Shown here one piece after another: positions 19,661-30,155 of a stretch of DNA of 64,000 nt (position 1 is the stretch's first letter; each line of letters begins with the position of its first letter). Location: NCBI GenBank assembly GCA_045567915.1, contig JBJLCA010000039.1, positions 1,879-65,878 of the forward strand, in the 5' to 3' direction. Source of the DNA: Candidatus Poseidoniales archaeon (GTDB lineage: Archaea; Thermoplasmatota; Poseidoniia; MGIII; CG-Epi1). The position numbers and the translations under genes are program-made. Under the pieces are notes generated by a model that ran no database searches, was not told where the DNA came from, and saw only the letters and a list, made by a program, of their open reading frames with translations.

Positions 19661-19786
19661 TTTTACCTCTTGGAATAAATTCTCAAGGCTGCGCTAGCCG
19701 GGAGGTCTATTTATATTCTTTTCTTCACAAATATCCCATTATTCCTAAGGTTAATTATTAATAAGGCTAAAAATAAGTATGTAATA

Positions 19787-20509
19787 ATGAAGAAGATATC
19801 ATTACTACTAATAATTTTGCTCTTTGCAGTGGGGGCTTCAGGTGGGTATGGATATTACGCTTATGTTCTCAACGAAGATGATGCTGATTCAGATGGTGAA
19901 GATCAAGCAGAGGGTAACTCAGCGCCTAGTGCAAAGATAGATCCGTCCAATCCGAAGATACAGGTTAATTCCAATATAAATTTTACAGCTTCAAAGTCAA
20001 CCGATCCAGATAATGATGAGCTCTCCTATGTTTGGATGTTTGAAGGAGACAATAAGGAATATGGGGGAGAAGTTGTCGAGAGAAATTACCCGAATGAGGG
20101 TGAGTTTGAGGTTAAATTAATAGTTTTTGATTCCGAAGGATTATCAGATGAGGCCATCACTATTGTTACAGTAGTTAGTAATTATCAAGGTGAATTTAGT
20201 GGTAGTTTAAGTGAAGGTCAAACAGAAACTATTACTTTTCCAGTTCAAAGTGGTGCAATTAGTCTTGATGTTGATTGGAATTTGTCAGATGATCAACAGG
20301 GAATAATAAATTTAGATCCATCTACTGTTGACATGTATTTAGAAGATTCTGAAGGTAATGTTTTGGAAAATGCAACGGGAGAGCAGGAAGGTTCAGGTTC
20401 TTGGTCAATAGTAGATGATAGATTGGAGCCAACCGGTGATTACATTATAGTTATAGAGTGTACTAACGGTGAAATGGGATATGAAATTGTTGTTAATGTT
20501 AAATATTAA
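19787..20509 (+). CDS. PKD-domain membrane-anchored protein
   Basis: N-terminal TM; PKD motif FTASKSTDPDNDELSYVW...GEFEVKLIVFDSEG. Confidence 0.8.
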   Translation: MKKISLLLIILLFAVGASGGYGYYAYVLNEDDADSDGEDQAEGNSAPSAKIDPSNPKIQVNSNINFTASKSTDPDNDELSYVWMFEGDNKEYGGEVVERNYPNEGEFEVKLIVFDSEGLSDEAITIVTVVSNYQGEFSGSLSEGQTETITFPVQSGAISLDVDWNLSDDQQGIINLDPSTVDMYLEDSEGNVLENATGEQEGSGSWSIVDDRLEPTGDYIIVIECTNGEMGYEIVVNVKY

Positions 20510-21501
20510 TTTTTTTCTAACACTATAATGTTTCTAGTAAGTGACTTATGTATGTACCATTCAAATTTATGTATTAATTTAAGATTTTGATGTTTAACCA
20601 TTTCAGCATTAGATACTGCGATTACTAATCGTTGTTTTCTCTTCATCACTTTTTGAAAAGTATCTAGACATCTTTCCATTAGTTGACTAATACTTTCTCC
20701 CCCTGTTGTTGATGCTATCCCATAAGGTGGATCGCATACAATGGAACTAAATTCCAAATTCTTTATTTCTTTAAAATCTGATTTTAGTAGGTTTGCTTCA
20801 AACCCATAATGCTTAAGATTTCCTTTTGAAAATTCAATCATTTTCTCTTTGAGATCAATTCCAATAACATTTAATCCCATGTCAGCCCCTTCAATGAGTA
20901 TTCCGCCAGTTCCACAAAAAGGGTCAATTACAGGTTCTGTATAATTGCAATTTGATAGGTTTACCATGGCTCTGGCAATTCTAGGATGAATACTTATCGG
21001 TGAAAAGTAGGGGCGATAACTTATGTGGTGTTTAAGGCATTTTTTGTACGCAGTATGCCCGCTCTTATATGCCAACGAGATATTGAAATTCTTGTTTTTA
21101 TAAAATAAGATTGTGGCATCTGGATCTTTTAGATCTGTTTGGTTGTTGACCGACACTTTTTCACCAATTAATATTGAAGTCTTTTCATTCTCTAGTTTAT
21201 TTCCACCAACTTGCCTTATTGCAAAACTTTTCTCACCTATATCTATTTCCTGTAAGTCGTCCAATGATTTCTTTATGTTGTCTTTTCTTGAACTGAAAAT
21301 AATTTTTGATAGCCTTTTTGTCATAGAGAGTCTATTGATTATTTTATTTTCAATTTCTTTTGAAGTTGAAATTACTACTATCTTTCCGTAATCATTTTCT
21401 AATTTTGGATGATATTTTCTGAATTTAAATAACTCAAGAGCTTCATATTTACCTAAAGTAGTGTTCTCACCGCCCAGTTCAAGTAAATATTTTTCTCTCA
21501 T
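20506..21501 (-). CDS. tRNA (guanine-N2)-methyltransferase, Trm11/Trm-G10 family
   Basis: RPYFSPISIHPRIARAMVNL, DPFCGTGG (SAM), DPPYG, HKSLTR; degenerate THUMP region. Confidence 0.9.
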   Translation of the reverse strand: MREKYLLELGGENTTLGKYEALELFKFRKYHPKLENDYGKIVVISTSKEIENKIINRLSMTKRLSKIIFSSRKDNIKKSLDDLQEIDIGEKSFAIRQVGGNKLENEKTSILIGEKVSVNNQTDLKDPDATILFYKNKNFNISLAYKSGHTAYKKCLKHHISYRPYFSPISIHPRIARAMVNLSNCNYTEPVIDPFCGTGGILIEGADMGLNVIGIDLKEKMIEFSKGNLKHYGFEANLLKSDFKEIKNLEFSSIVCDPPYGIASTTGGESISQLMERCLDTFQKVMKRKQRLVIAVSNAEMVKHQNLKLIHKFEWYIHKSLTRNIIVLEKN

Positions 21502-21526
21502 TTCAACCTATAAAAGTTGTTTTATA

Positions 21527-22327
21527 ATGTTGTATCTAGAGTCTTTTGTGTTTAAATTAGCCCGAAAGGCAGTTTCTCCAATTTATGCAGTCTATCAAAG
21601 GCGTTTAGAAAGTCAGGTTAAGAATGGTGAAGTACCAAATCATTTGGCAGTCATAATGGATGGTAATCGAAGATACGCAGAAAGTGCGGGCCTTTTGCCT
21701 CATGAAGGACATCTTAAGGGAAAAAACACTCTGGAGAACTTGTCAGATTGGTGCCGTTCTGTTGGTATTAAGATTTTAACAGTATATGCATTTTCGTTGG
21801 AAAATTTTAATAGAAGCAAGGAAGAGCTCGAAAAACTTATGGATTTATTTGAAGAATCATTTCGAAATGCAGGAGATGATCCTCGAGTTCATAAGAACCA
21901 GGTTAGAGTCAAAGCTTTAGGTCATCGTGAGCTCCTTCCAGAAAGAGTTAAGGATGCAATAGATTATGCTGAATCCAAGACTAGAGATTATTCTAATTTT
22001 AATTACAATTTAGCTGTTGCATACGGAGGTAGACAAGAAATAATTCGTTCAATGAAAATACTTGGTAGAATGATAGAAAAGGGAGAACTGAAGGCAGATG
22101 AAATTGATGCTGATCTTATTTCCTCGAATTTGTATACAAGTGACCTGCCAGATCCAGATTTAATATTGCGAACATCAGGTGAAGAAAGGATTAGTAATTT
22201 TCTTCTTTGGCAATTAGCATATTCAGAATTATATTTCGCAGATGTTTTTTGGCCAGATATGAGAAAAATTGATTTTTTAAGAGCTATTAGGTCTTTTCAG
22301 CAAAGGAAAAGACGCCTTGGTAAGTAA
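21527..22327 (+). CDS. uppS: cis-prenyltransferase (undecaprenyl/polyprenyl diphosphate synthase)
   Basis: HLAVIMDGNRR, YAFSLENF, AYGGRQEI, RTSGEERISNFLLWQ; start uncertain (ATG 21527 chosen). Confidence 0.95.
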   Translation: MLYLESFVFKLARKAVSPIYAVYQRRLESQVKNGEVPNHLAVIMDGNRRYAESAGLLPHEGHLKGKNTLENLSDWCRSVGIKILTVYAFSLENFNRSKEELEKLMDLFEESFRNAGDDPRVHKNQVRVKALGHRELLPERVKDAIDYAESKTRDYSNFNYNLAVAYGGRQEIIRSMKILGRMIEKGELKADEIDADLISSNLYTSDLPDPDLILRTSGEERISNFLLWQLAYSELYFADVFWPDMRKIDFLRAIRSFQQRKRRLGK

Positions 22328-22362
22328 CGACAGGTTTTAAGCACCCTTCTTATGCAGCCAAT

Positions 22363-25230
22363 ATGCTCGAGCGTTATGCGCGACTTCCAATCGACAGTCC
22401 AAGACAGATTATCTTAGTCGTAGCATTGATAACTTTAATAATTTCACCTTTTGTTCTTAAAGTGGAGTTTTCAACAGATGTTCAAGCCTTCTTACCCCAG
22501 TCACAAGAAGTTGAGACTTACGATGCAATAACTGAGGATTTTGGTAAGGATTCTAGTGTAGTCAATTTGTATTTGACTTCAATCAGCAGCAGTAATGTTC
22601 TTACAATGGATAATCTTGTTGACATTTTGCAGCTCCATAATGATTGTTTACAAATAGACGGAGTCGAGGGTGTTTTGTCCGTGGCAGATTTTTTCGATTC
22701 AGCTTTATTGGACTCTGGTTTGTCTTTATCGGCAGTTGAGTCTGCAGAGGAACCTTGGGAGCTTGTTTATGATTCAATATCGACGTCAGGTAGCGGTAAT
22801 TATTCTTGGAATGAAGTAGATTTTGTTGGTGATGTGTTAATCAATAGAGATTTGAATTTAGATCCTTTAATAATTGTGGAATCTGAGGGTTCAGTTCGTG
22901 GAGCACCTATAGCTAATTCGACGATTATCATGGTGAATTTAGATCCGGATTTATCCACAGAGCAGAAAAAGGAAGCTGGCCAAAAACTGAGAACACTTGC
23001 AGACAGTCACAATCAAGACTCTGGGAGCGATATTAGTGCAGAAGCATTTTCAGTAGATCTTTTAGCTTCAGATGTAGACGAATCTACACAATATACCAAT
23101 GTTTTGATGATTGTTGGTATGCTCTTAGTTACTGTAGTACTACTGTGGTTGACTTTCAGGCACTGGAGTTATGTAGTTTTACCAATTATCACGTTAATAT
23201 TGTCCATCTTTTGGACATTTTCTTTCGCAGGGATTGTTGGAATTAAGATGACTGCATTAGGCGTTGCAGTTATTCCACTAGTAGTTGGATTGGGCATTGA
23301 CTTTTCAGTTCATGTGAGTCGAAGATATCAAGAGGGTATTGCAGCAGGCAGTAGTTTGGAAGATTCACTTATTGAGTCCCAAGTGCATACAGGTCAAGCC
23401 TTGTCACTGGCAATGTTTACTACAGTTATTGCATTTCTATCAGGAATCACAGGCGGTGTTGGGCCAGTTAGAGATTTTAGTTTACTTTGTGCTTTTGGAA
23501 TATTTTCGTCATTTATTTTAACATTATTTTTCTATACTTCTATGAGGTATTTGTTAGACTCCTCTTCAGAGGGGATGGCTGTTAAACCTCAGAACTCTGA
23601 AATAATAGAGTCTTCAATACTCAAAGCCTCTCAAATAGTTGATAAACATCCACAAGCTATTATTTCAACAGTAATTGTTCTTACAATTTTAGCACTCGGT
23701 GGAGCTTCCCAGATTGAGACTTCCTTTTCGTTGGATGATTTTCTTTCGGATGATTTAGAAATAATGGTTACAGCTGAAAAAATACAATCAGATTTCAGAG
23801 GTGCTAGTTATTCACAGTCACAAATTTTGATTCAGGGAGATATTGATTCAACTGATTTTATTGATGGCAATTATGAGTTCCAATATGGTCAATCTAGTTC
23901 CGATAATAAAGGACTTAACGATGACCGCTATGTTATCAAAGTAGGAGCAAATGCACGTGTAGAGTCAGTGCATCAGATAGTTCAAAAGGCGATTGATTCA
24001 GAGGAATATAGTGTAAATCATGGAGAAAATTTAACACATGAATGGACAATAACAAACCCATTTTTGGTTACTTCAGGAGATGACTTGGATGTTCACTGGA
24101 CGATGGAACAATCTGTAGTTTCTCCATCCTTAGAAGCCATAATATTATGGTATGATTCTTCGAACGAGCTTCTAGGTACTGAAGAATTAACTAATATTGA
24201 TATTTCAACTGATTTATCATCCTCTTCAAGCGCAACAATTCAAATATTTGAAAATTCGTATAAAGCTCGACTCAAGTTTTCATATGTTCAAGATGCGTCA
24301 GAGGATTCTTTAATTCAGTCAATAGAAGTTCATAATAGAGAAAGATACGTATTTGTTCAATCATTAACAGATACCTTTAATTTAACTTATCAGGCAAAAA
24401 CGTTTAGTTTGACAACAGACTCAGATATTCACAATTTGTATGATTATATTTATCAAAGGGAATTGGACATTGCAGACCCTTTCACAGGAGAGTCATATGC
24501 TGATGAAATTGAACATGTTCTAAATGTAGATTCTGAAGGAAACTATGTCTCTTCTGTTGTTAGAATATACATTGGACCTACTACGTCTTATGAATTAGAT
24601 AATGATGGTTTAGAGTTTATGCGTGACCAATTAGATGAAGATATTCCAGATATATTTATTGAAAATTTCACAGTCAGTACTACTGGTGGTCATGTTTTAA
24701 CCAGCGTAACCGTTAATGAGATTCAAAAGACTCAGATTAGCTCTACGTTAATAGCTATTGTTTTTGCAGCAATAACTTTGATTCTTATCTACAGAAGTGT
24801 AGATCTTGGAATAATTGCAGTTTTCCCAACTATTCTAGCTTCAATATGGATACTAGCAACAATGACTTTACTTGGAATAACTCTTAATGTTCTAACTGTT
24901 ATGGTAACTGCACTTACAATTGGTTTGGGAATAGATTATGCGATTCATATTGTTGAAAGATATCGTGAGGAAAGAGAACATAAGACCGAGAGCCAGGCAA
25001 TTGAAACTACAATCGTAAGAACAGGTTCAGCATTATTAATTTCAGGTTTAACTACTGTTTCAGGCTTCGCAGTATTATTCTTGTCTCCTATGCCCTTAGT
25101 TCGTAATTTTGGAATAATTACTGCAGCTACAATAATCTATTCGATGTTTATTGCTATTTTTGTTTTACCTAGCTTAATTTGGATATCTAATAGAATTAAG
25201 GAATGGATATCTAGTCAAACTTTAGATTAG
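22363..25230 (+). CDS. MMPL/RND family transporter
   Basis: Two repeats of 1+5 TM helices with GLGIDF and GLGIDY motifs and large extracytoplasmic loops. Confidence 0.9.
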   Translation: MLERYARLPIDSPRQIILVVALITLIISPFVLKVEFSTDVQAFLPQSQEVETYDAITEDFGKDSSVVNLYLTSISSSNVLTMDNLVDILQLHNDCLQIDGVEGVLSVADFFDSALLDSGLSLSAVESAEEPWELVYDSISTSGSGNYSWNEVDFVGDVLINRDLNLDPLIIVESEGSVRGAPIANSTIIMVNLDPDLSTEQKKEAGQKLRTLADSHNQDSGSDISAEAFSVDLLASDVDESTQYTNVLMIVGMLLVTVVLLWLTFRHWSYVVLPIITLILSIFWTFSFAGIVGIKMTALGVAVIPLVVGLGIDFSVHVSRRYQEGIAAGSSLEDSLIESQVHTGQALSLAMFTTVIAFLSGITGGVGPVRDFSLLCAFGIFSSFILTLFFYTSMRYLLDSSSEGMAVKPQNSEIIESSILKASQIVDKHPQAIISTVIVLTILALGGASQIETSFSLDDFLSDDLEIMVTAEKIQSDFRGASYSQSQILIQGDIDSTDFIDGNYEFQYGQSSSDNKGLNDDRYVIKVGANARVESVHQIVQKAIDSEEYSVNHGENLTHEWTITNPFLVTSGDDLDVHWTMEQSVVSPSLEAIILWYDSSNELLGTEELTNIDISTDLSSSSSATIQIFENSYKARLKFSYVQDASEDSLIQSIEVHNRERYVFVQSLTDTFNLTYQAKTFSLTTDSDIHNLYDYIYQRELDIADPFTGESYADEIEHVLNVDSEGNYVSSVVRIYIGPTTSYELDNDGLEFMRDQLDEDIPDIFIENFTVSTTGGHVLTSVTVNEIQKTQISSTLIAIVFAAITLILIYRSVDLGIIAVFPTILASIWILATMTLLGITLNVLTVMVTALTIGLGIDYAIHIVERYREEREHKTESQAIETTIVRTGSALLISGLTTVSGFAVLFLSPMPLVRNFGIITAATIIYSMFIAIFVLPSLIWISNRIKEWISSQTLD

Positions 25231-26350
25231 TTTTTCTCTTCCTTCTCTTTTCCCAAAGCTCACGGGCTAATTGTCTCATATCTTCTACCGAATCTGATTC
25301 ATCTACAATTTCAGCACCTAGTAATGTTTCTACGGCGTCTTCGAGTGTAATAATTCCTTGGGTGGTTCCATATTCATCGACAACCAGAAAGATATGTTCT
25401 CGTTTCTTTAAAAATTCATCTAATAGAGTAGCGATAGAATCTTCAGGACTTACTGTGGATAATTCCGAAATCAAATTTTCCATAGGTATATCTGTCTTCC
25501 CTTCACCATAAAGTTCCATAATTTGGCTTCTATAAACAACACCTATTATGTCATCAAGATTTTTTTCCCGAACAGGTATTCTGGAGAAAGGAATTGGTGA
25601 ATGCTCGTCCACAATCTTTCCTATTTCATCATTACGGTGAAAAGTTAGCATTACAGTACTTGGAGTCATGACATCTTCAGCTAAAATTTTATCCATAGTC
25701 AAAAGATTTTTGATTACTTGGGTTTCTTGTTTTTCAAGAGCACCCTGATTTTCGCCCATCTCAGCAACGGCTATCATTTCCTCTCTTGTCATCTCTTTCT
25801 GATCCTCATTCCCCTCAGATATTCTTCGTGAAAAACTATTCAATACGACTACAATTGGCCATGTAATCCATATCATTGCATCTAATAGGTATGCTGAACT
25901 TGGTGCCAGTCTCTTCCAGTAATTAGCACCTAATGTCTTTGGTATTATTTCAGAAAATACAAGTATTAAGATGGTAAGTATTATTGATGCAACGGTAAAC
26001 CATTCATTACCCAATTTGTTAAATTCTGAGCCCACTCCTGCAGCTCCAATAGTATGTGAGATTGTATTTAGTGTCAATATTGCAGCTAAAGGCACATCAA
26101 TGTCTTCTTTTAACTCTTTAAGTCTTTTACCACTTCGGCTATCATCCTTACTTAAAATTTCTATATGTGACCAAGTTACAGATAGGATTATAGCTTCTAA
26201 AAGTGAACAGATAAATGATACACCTAGCGCTAAAACAAGAAAAACAATTATTCTTCCCCATTCCAGCTCGGGATTACCAAGATCATCCCCTACATTCGAA
26301 ACAATAGATAAAAAACTCAACAAATTAATTACTACCTCCAAGTAGTTCAT
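25211..26350 (-). CDS. CNNM/CorB (DUF21-CBS) Mg2+/Co2+ transport family protein
   Basis: SFICSLLEA, AILTLNTISHTIGA, SEIIPKTLG, FSRIPV, VVDEYG, TLED; real start may be TTG 26323 after a GGAGGT SD. Confidence 0.92.
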   Translation of the reverse strand: MNYLEVVINLLSFLSIVSNVGDDLGNPELEWGRIIVFLVLALGVSFICSLLEAIILSVTWSHIEILSKDDSRSGKRLKELKEDIDVPLAAILTLNTISHTIGAAGVGSEFNKLGNEWFTVASIILTILILVFSEIIPKTLGANYWKRLAPSSAYLLDAMIWITWPIVVVLNSFSRRISEGNEDQKEMTREEMIAVAEMGENQGALEKQETQVIKNLLTMDKILAEDVMTPSTVMLTFHRNDEIGKIVDEHSPIPFSRIPVREKNLDDIIGVVYRSQIMELYGEGKTDIPMENLISELSTVSPEDSIATLLDEFLKKREHIFLVVDEYGTTQGIITLEDAVETLLGAEIVDESDSVEDMRQLARELWEKRRKRKTNLKFD

Positions 26351-26529
26351 AACGCAAATTCAGATAGCACATCAGGTTACTATTCAATTACTAGAAACCC
26401 CTGATATGAATTGCCCTTTTGGGCCTTACACACATAATTGGCTAAAGAAGTATGTTTATTAGTACTTTTGTTGTAAAAATTGATATTTTTTGCACAAATC
26501 ATTATAATGCCGCTTTCTACGGCTGCTTT

Positions 26530-26679
26530 ATGGCACGATTCCCGGAAGCTGAAGCACGCTTGTTTCAAAAGAAAGTGTGTATGAAGTGTAATGCTACAGT
26601 AGGTTGGAAGGCAGTAGTCTGCAGAAAGTGCGGGTATAAGGGACTCAGACCTAAAGCCAAAGAGCAACGTGGTAAGTAG
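26530..26679 (+). CDS. rpl40e: 50S ribosomal protein L40e
   Basis: [15 protein letters not shown]...[15 protein letters not shown] at 26530. Confidence 0.97.
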   Translation: MARFPEAEARLFQKKVCMKCNATVGWKAVVCRKCGYKGLRPKAKEQRGK

Positions 26680-26680
26680 T

Positions 26681-27358
26681 TCAGTCAATTATTTTTGTTC
26701 CATTTGGAGTTCCAACAATCACTTTTGTTGTCATATCTATGAATAGTCCTGTATCTATTACACCATCTATGTTCATTAGTTTCACATCGAGCTCTCTCGG
26801 ATTTTCTATGCCTTTTTCAAATTTACAGTGATATATGTAATTTCCATTGTCAGTTATAAATGGTAGCGAATTAGGTTCAACTCTTATCTCAGCCTTACAA
26901 CCCAAATTAGCGATTTGTTTTTGTGTTTGCTTATGTTCTTTAATGGAAACTTCAACAGGTAGAAACCCAACGCCTAACTGTTCTACAATTTTGCTTTCAT
27001 CCACTATAATGATCAATTTTTTTGCTTTTCTTTCTACTTTCTTTTCTCTCAGAAGAGCTCCACCCAATCCCTTTATCAGAGACAAGTCAGGCGATACTTC
27101 ATCAGCACCGTCAATTGCGATGTCAATCGAATCAGTAGAGTCAATATTAATTAGTTCTATACCTAATTTTTCAGCCTGGTTTTTAGTTTGTATTGATGTT
27201 GGCATTCCAATTATTTTAAAATTATCTGATAATTTTTCACCTATAAGATCAACAGCTATTTTTGCAGTTGAACCTGTACCTAATCCTACCAGCATTCCGT
27301 TCTCAACGAGTTTTACTGCTTCTTTTGCGGCATTAAATTTAGACGAATCTTGGTTCAA
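26681..27358 (-). CDS. rpiA: Ribose-5-phosphate isomerase A
   Basis: GLGTGST, DGADEV, IKGLGGALLREK, TDNGN. Confidence 0.97.
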   Translation of the reverse strand: MNQDSSKFNAAKEAVKLVENGMLVGLGTGSTAKIAVDLIGEKLSDNFKIIGMPTSIQTKNQAEKLGIELINIDSTDSIDIAIDGADEVSPDLSLIKGLGGALLREKKVERKAKKLIIIVDESKIVEQLGVGFLPVEVSIKEHKQTQKQIANLGCKAEIRVEPNSLPFITDNGNYIYHCKFEKGIENPRELDVKLMNIDGVIDTGLFIDMTTKVIVGTPNGTKIID

Positions 27359-28557
27359 TAGTACAATCCACTTTCAGGTTCAGAAATTTCAGAATCATCT
27401 AAACGATTTCTAATTTTTTCTAAAGCTTCTGTAAAATTCTTGTAAGTAGTTTGAGTTTTATTGTCCTTGATAGCTTTCATTCCAGCTTCTACACATAGTG
27501 CCCTTAGGTCTGCTCCTGAAAATCCTTCAGTCTGTGCAGCCAATTTTTTGTAATTTACACCTTTCGAAATGTTCATAGCTTTACTATGAATTTTTATTAT
27601 TCTATTTCTTGCCTCTTCTTCAGGTAATGGTATTTTAATAATTCGATCGAATCTCCCAGGTCTCAAAAGGGCTTCATCCAAAATATCAGGTCGATTTGAA
27701 GCTCCCATAATAGAAACTTGACCTCTTGGCGTAAATCCATCAAGTTCACCTAGTAATTGCATCAAAGTTCTTTGTACCTCTCTATCGCCAGTGGTGCCTA
27801 CATCCATTCTTTTAGCACCTACAGCATCTAATTCATCAATGAAAATTATACTTGGAGCTCTTTCTTGAGCTAGTTGGAAAAGTTCACGAACTAGTCTAGC
27901 ACCTTCGCCAATATATTTTTGGACAAGTTCACTACCAATGAGTCTTATAAATGTAGCATTTGTAGCATTGGCTACGGCTTTTGCCATCAAAGTTTTTCCA
28001 GTTCCTGGAGGTCCAACTAGTAAAACGCCTTTAGGAGGTTCGACACCTACTTTGGTAAAACTTTCGGGTTTTAGCATAGGTAATTCTACAGTACTTCTTA
28101 ATTCATCGAGTTCCTCTACTAAACCTCCAATATCGGAGTATTTTTCAGTTGGTTTTTCATCGACTTCAGCACCCATGACCAAAGGATCTTTAGTTGAAGG
28201 TAAAGTCTCTAGAACTGCGAGAGTTTGTCTATGTAGAGCAACACGATCACCCACGTCTAAATTTTTCTTGTCGATGCCTTCTGAGATGTGAACTACAAAA
28301 TCAGGCCCACTACTTGATTTAATTCCTACACGGCCGTCTTCTAGTAAATCTCTCACAGTTCCAATAACTTGTGGAGGTGCTCTTAATCTGGCAAGTTCAC
28401 CTTTTAAGTGAGCATTTTCTCTTTTCATTCTGGAAACATCGGCTTCTAACTGTCTTTTTTCAGATTGAAAACGTTCGGTTTCTTCGATTAACCATTTATC
28501 CCAATCTTCTCCTTTACCTGGCGAAGAAACTTCACCATCATTTTCATCAGTAGGCAC
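27355..28557 (-). CDS. pan: Proteasome-activating nucleotidase
   Basis: N-terminal coiled coil, OB domain, [21 protein letters not shown]-terminal HbYX motif LYY. Confidence 0.96.
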   Translation of the reverse strand: MPTDENDGEVSSPGKGEDWDKWLIEETERFQSEKRQLEADVSRMKRENAHLKGELARLRAPPQVIGTVRDLLEDGRVGIKSSSGPDFVVHISEGIDKKNLDVGDRVALHRQTLAVLETLPSTKDPLVMGAEVDEKPTEKYSDIGGLVEELDELRSTVELPMLKPESFTKVGVEPPKGVLLVGPPGTGKTLMAKAVANATNATFIRLIGSELVQKYIGEGARLVRELFQLAQERAPSIIFIDELDAVGAKRMDVGTTGDREVQRTLMQLLGELDGFTPRGQVSIMGASNRPDILDEALLRPGRFDRIIKIPLPEEEARNRIIKIHSKAMNISKGVNYKKLAAQTEGFSGADLRALCVEAGMKAIKDNKTQTTYKNFTEALEKIRNRLDDSEISEPESGLYY

Positions 28558-28611
28558 TTTTTATCACTAAACATTTAATTGGGTCAGATATATATCAGTT
28601 GTGACTTAACA

Positions 28612-29103
28612 ATGTTATGCGAAATGTGCGGGGCGGAATCAGCAAGTTTAGATTCACGTAAAGTTTCAGGATCGGTTCTAAGAGTCTGTACATCATGTGC
28701 AGGTATGGGCAAGCAAACATCCCATAGAGAATCAGTTGGACAAAGGGCGTTTGTTGCACAAACATTGGAAAAGAGGGAACAAAAGACAAGATACAAAGAT
28801 ATTACTTCAGATGAGAAAGTTTTGATTAGCGATTACGGCGCAGTAGTAAGGAAAGCTAGAGAAAGGAAAGGTTTAGATCACACTTCACTGGCAATGAAGA
28901 TATCCGAAAAGAAATCAATTATAACTTCAGTTGAATCAGGTAATATGAGGCCAAATGAAAAGCTAATTAAGAAATTAGAGAATTTTTTGAAGATTAATTT
29001 AATGGAAGAAGTCGAAGCCGCATCCTCTTCTTACAAACCAGGTTCAAAGAAAAATTTAACCATGGGTGATTTAATCAATCAAGCCTTAGAAGATAAGAAT
29101 TAA
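28612..29103 (+). CDS. mbf1: Archaeal multiprotein bridging factor 1 (Zn ribbon + HTH)
   Basis: CEMCG...VCTSC, HTH VRKARE...ISEKKSII, LTMGD; divergent from pan as commonly seen in archaea. Confidence 0.92.
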   Translation: MLCEMCGAESASLDSRKVSGSVLRVCTSCAGMGKQTSHRESVGQRAFVAQTLEKREQKTRYKDITSDEKVLISDYGAVVRKARERKGLDHTSLAMKISEKKSIITSVESGNMRPNEKLIKKLENFLKINLMEEVEAASSSYKPGSKKNLTMGDLINQALEDKN

Positions 29104-29148
29104 AACACACACATAATCTTTTTTACTAACATTTAGAGTTAAGATTGT

Positions 29149-30045
29149 ATGGGGTTGTTAGGCCGTCAATTTAATTTAGAGCGAGAATCAGAAGATTCGT
29201 TGCTCCTTGCGTTTTCAACTTTAACGTTTGCAACCTCTTTATTTGCAGGATACCAAGAAAGCGGTATTGGTAGGCTTATCTCTCTTCCTTTGTTTGGAAT
29301 TGAGTTTCACTTAATTTCTACACCACTTTGGATTATTTCAGGAATACTATGTCTACTTTGCTTGCAACAATTGTTCCACAAAATCTGGACACATGGTGTT
29401 TGGTTGATAGGAATATATTGGTTGACTGCATTCGGAACTACTTTGTTATTTGTAATGTTTGATCAAGGATATGTTTGGTTTGTAGCAAGTTTAATTCTTT
29501 TACTATTAGCAATGTTCATAATGTATTGGATGGTTCTAGAGATATATGCATTAAGGCATAATATAATTAGAGAAGTGCCAGAAGCAGTTTCATTAAGTTT
29601 ATCAGATTGGTTATTATCAGTTCCTTCGTTTTTCTTATCCACCTTTATAAGTTACTATTATTACAGTAAACTTTACCTTCAAGAAGATGGATGGTTTACA
29701 TTTGGCTTTGCTTCAGAAGGATATCTTCTATTTCAGTTTGTAATGTTCTTTTCAGGCATGTATATTTTGTATATTCCACAGAGCTTGCTTGGTGATTATC
29801 TAGAATACAGTGATCTGGATATAAATACAAGTTTTAATGTAGATAGAGAGAAAGTAGAGAAGAGGTTATTAGATTATACTAAAAGTGTGGACGAGGGTAA
29901 GATTCAAGCAACTCTTGTTGATTTGTATAAAATGGCTGAAGGCGATGGAGAGACTTGGTCACAGTTGGGAGAATTCTATCCAGAGTGGAGCGTTGAAGAA
30001 GTTAAACTTTTCATTACCATGCTTGAAGAGTTAACCGAAAAGTGA
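29149..30045 (+). CDS. Hypothetical polytopic membrane protein with soluble C-terminal domain
   Basis: About six hydrophobic segments then a charged C-terminal region; family not recognised. Confidence 0.6.
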   Translation: MGLLGRQFNLERESEDSLLLAFSTLTFATSLFAGYQESGIGRLISLPLFGIEFHLISTPLWIISGILCLLCLQQLFHKIWTHGVWLIGIYWLTAFGTTLLFVMFDQGYVWFVASLILLLLAMFIMYWMVLEIYALRHNIIREVPEAVSLSLSDWLLSVPSFFLSTFISYYYYSKLYLQEDGWFTFGFASEGYLLFQFVMFFSGMYILYIPQSLLGDYLEYSDLDINTSFNVDREKVEKRLLDYTKSVDEGKIQATLVDLYKMAEGDGETWSQLGEFYPEWSVEEVKLFITMLEELTEK

Positions 30046-30155
30046 TTCATTTTTTGAAACAGCACAAAGTATTATATAGAATTTAATCTAAAACGTTGTA
30101 GTGTGTGTTGAATAAATGCATAAAAATCATGCAATAAGCATGAGGAAATTCAATC

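Noticed and set aside
26380..26688. 102-aa minus-strand ORF
   Set aside because: Antisense to rpl40e with no recognisable motif
26847..27413. Long antisense ORFs over rpiA (and similar ones over pan, hppA, atpK, pruA)
   Set aside because: Ser/Ile/Phe-rich shadow frames of well-supported genes
30127..30143. TCATGC-AATAA-GCATGA inverted repeat touching the SD of the DUF3068-like gene
   Set aside because: A 6-bp stem is expected by chance and no second copy was seen
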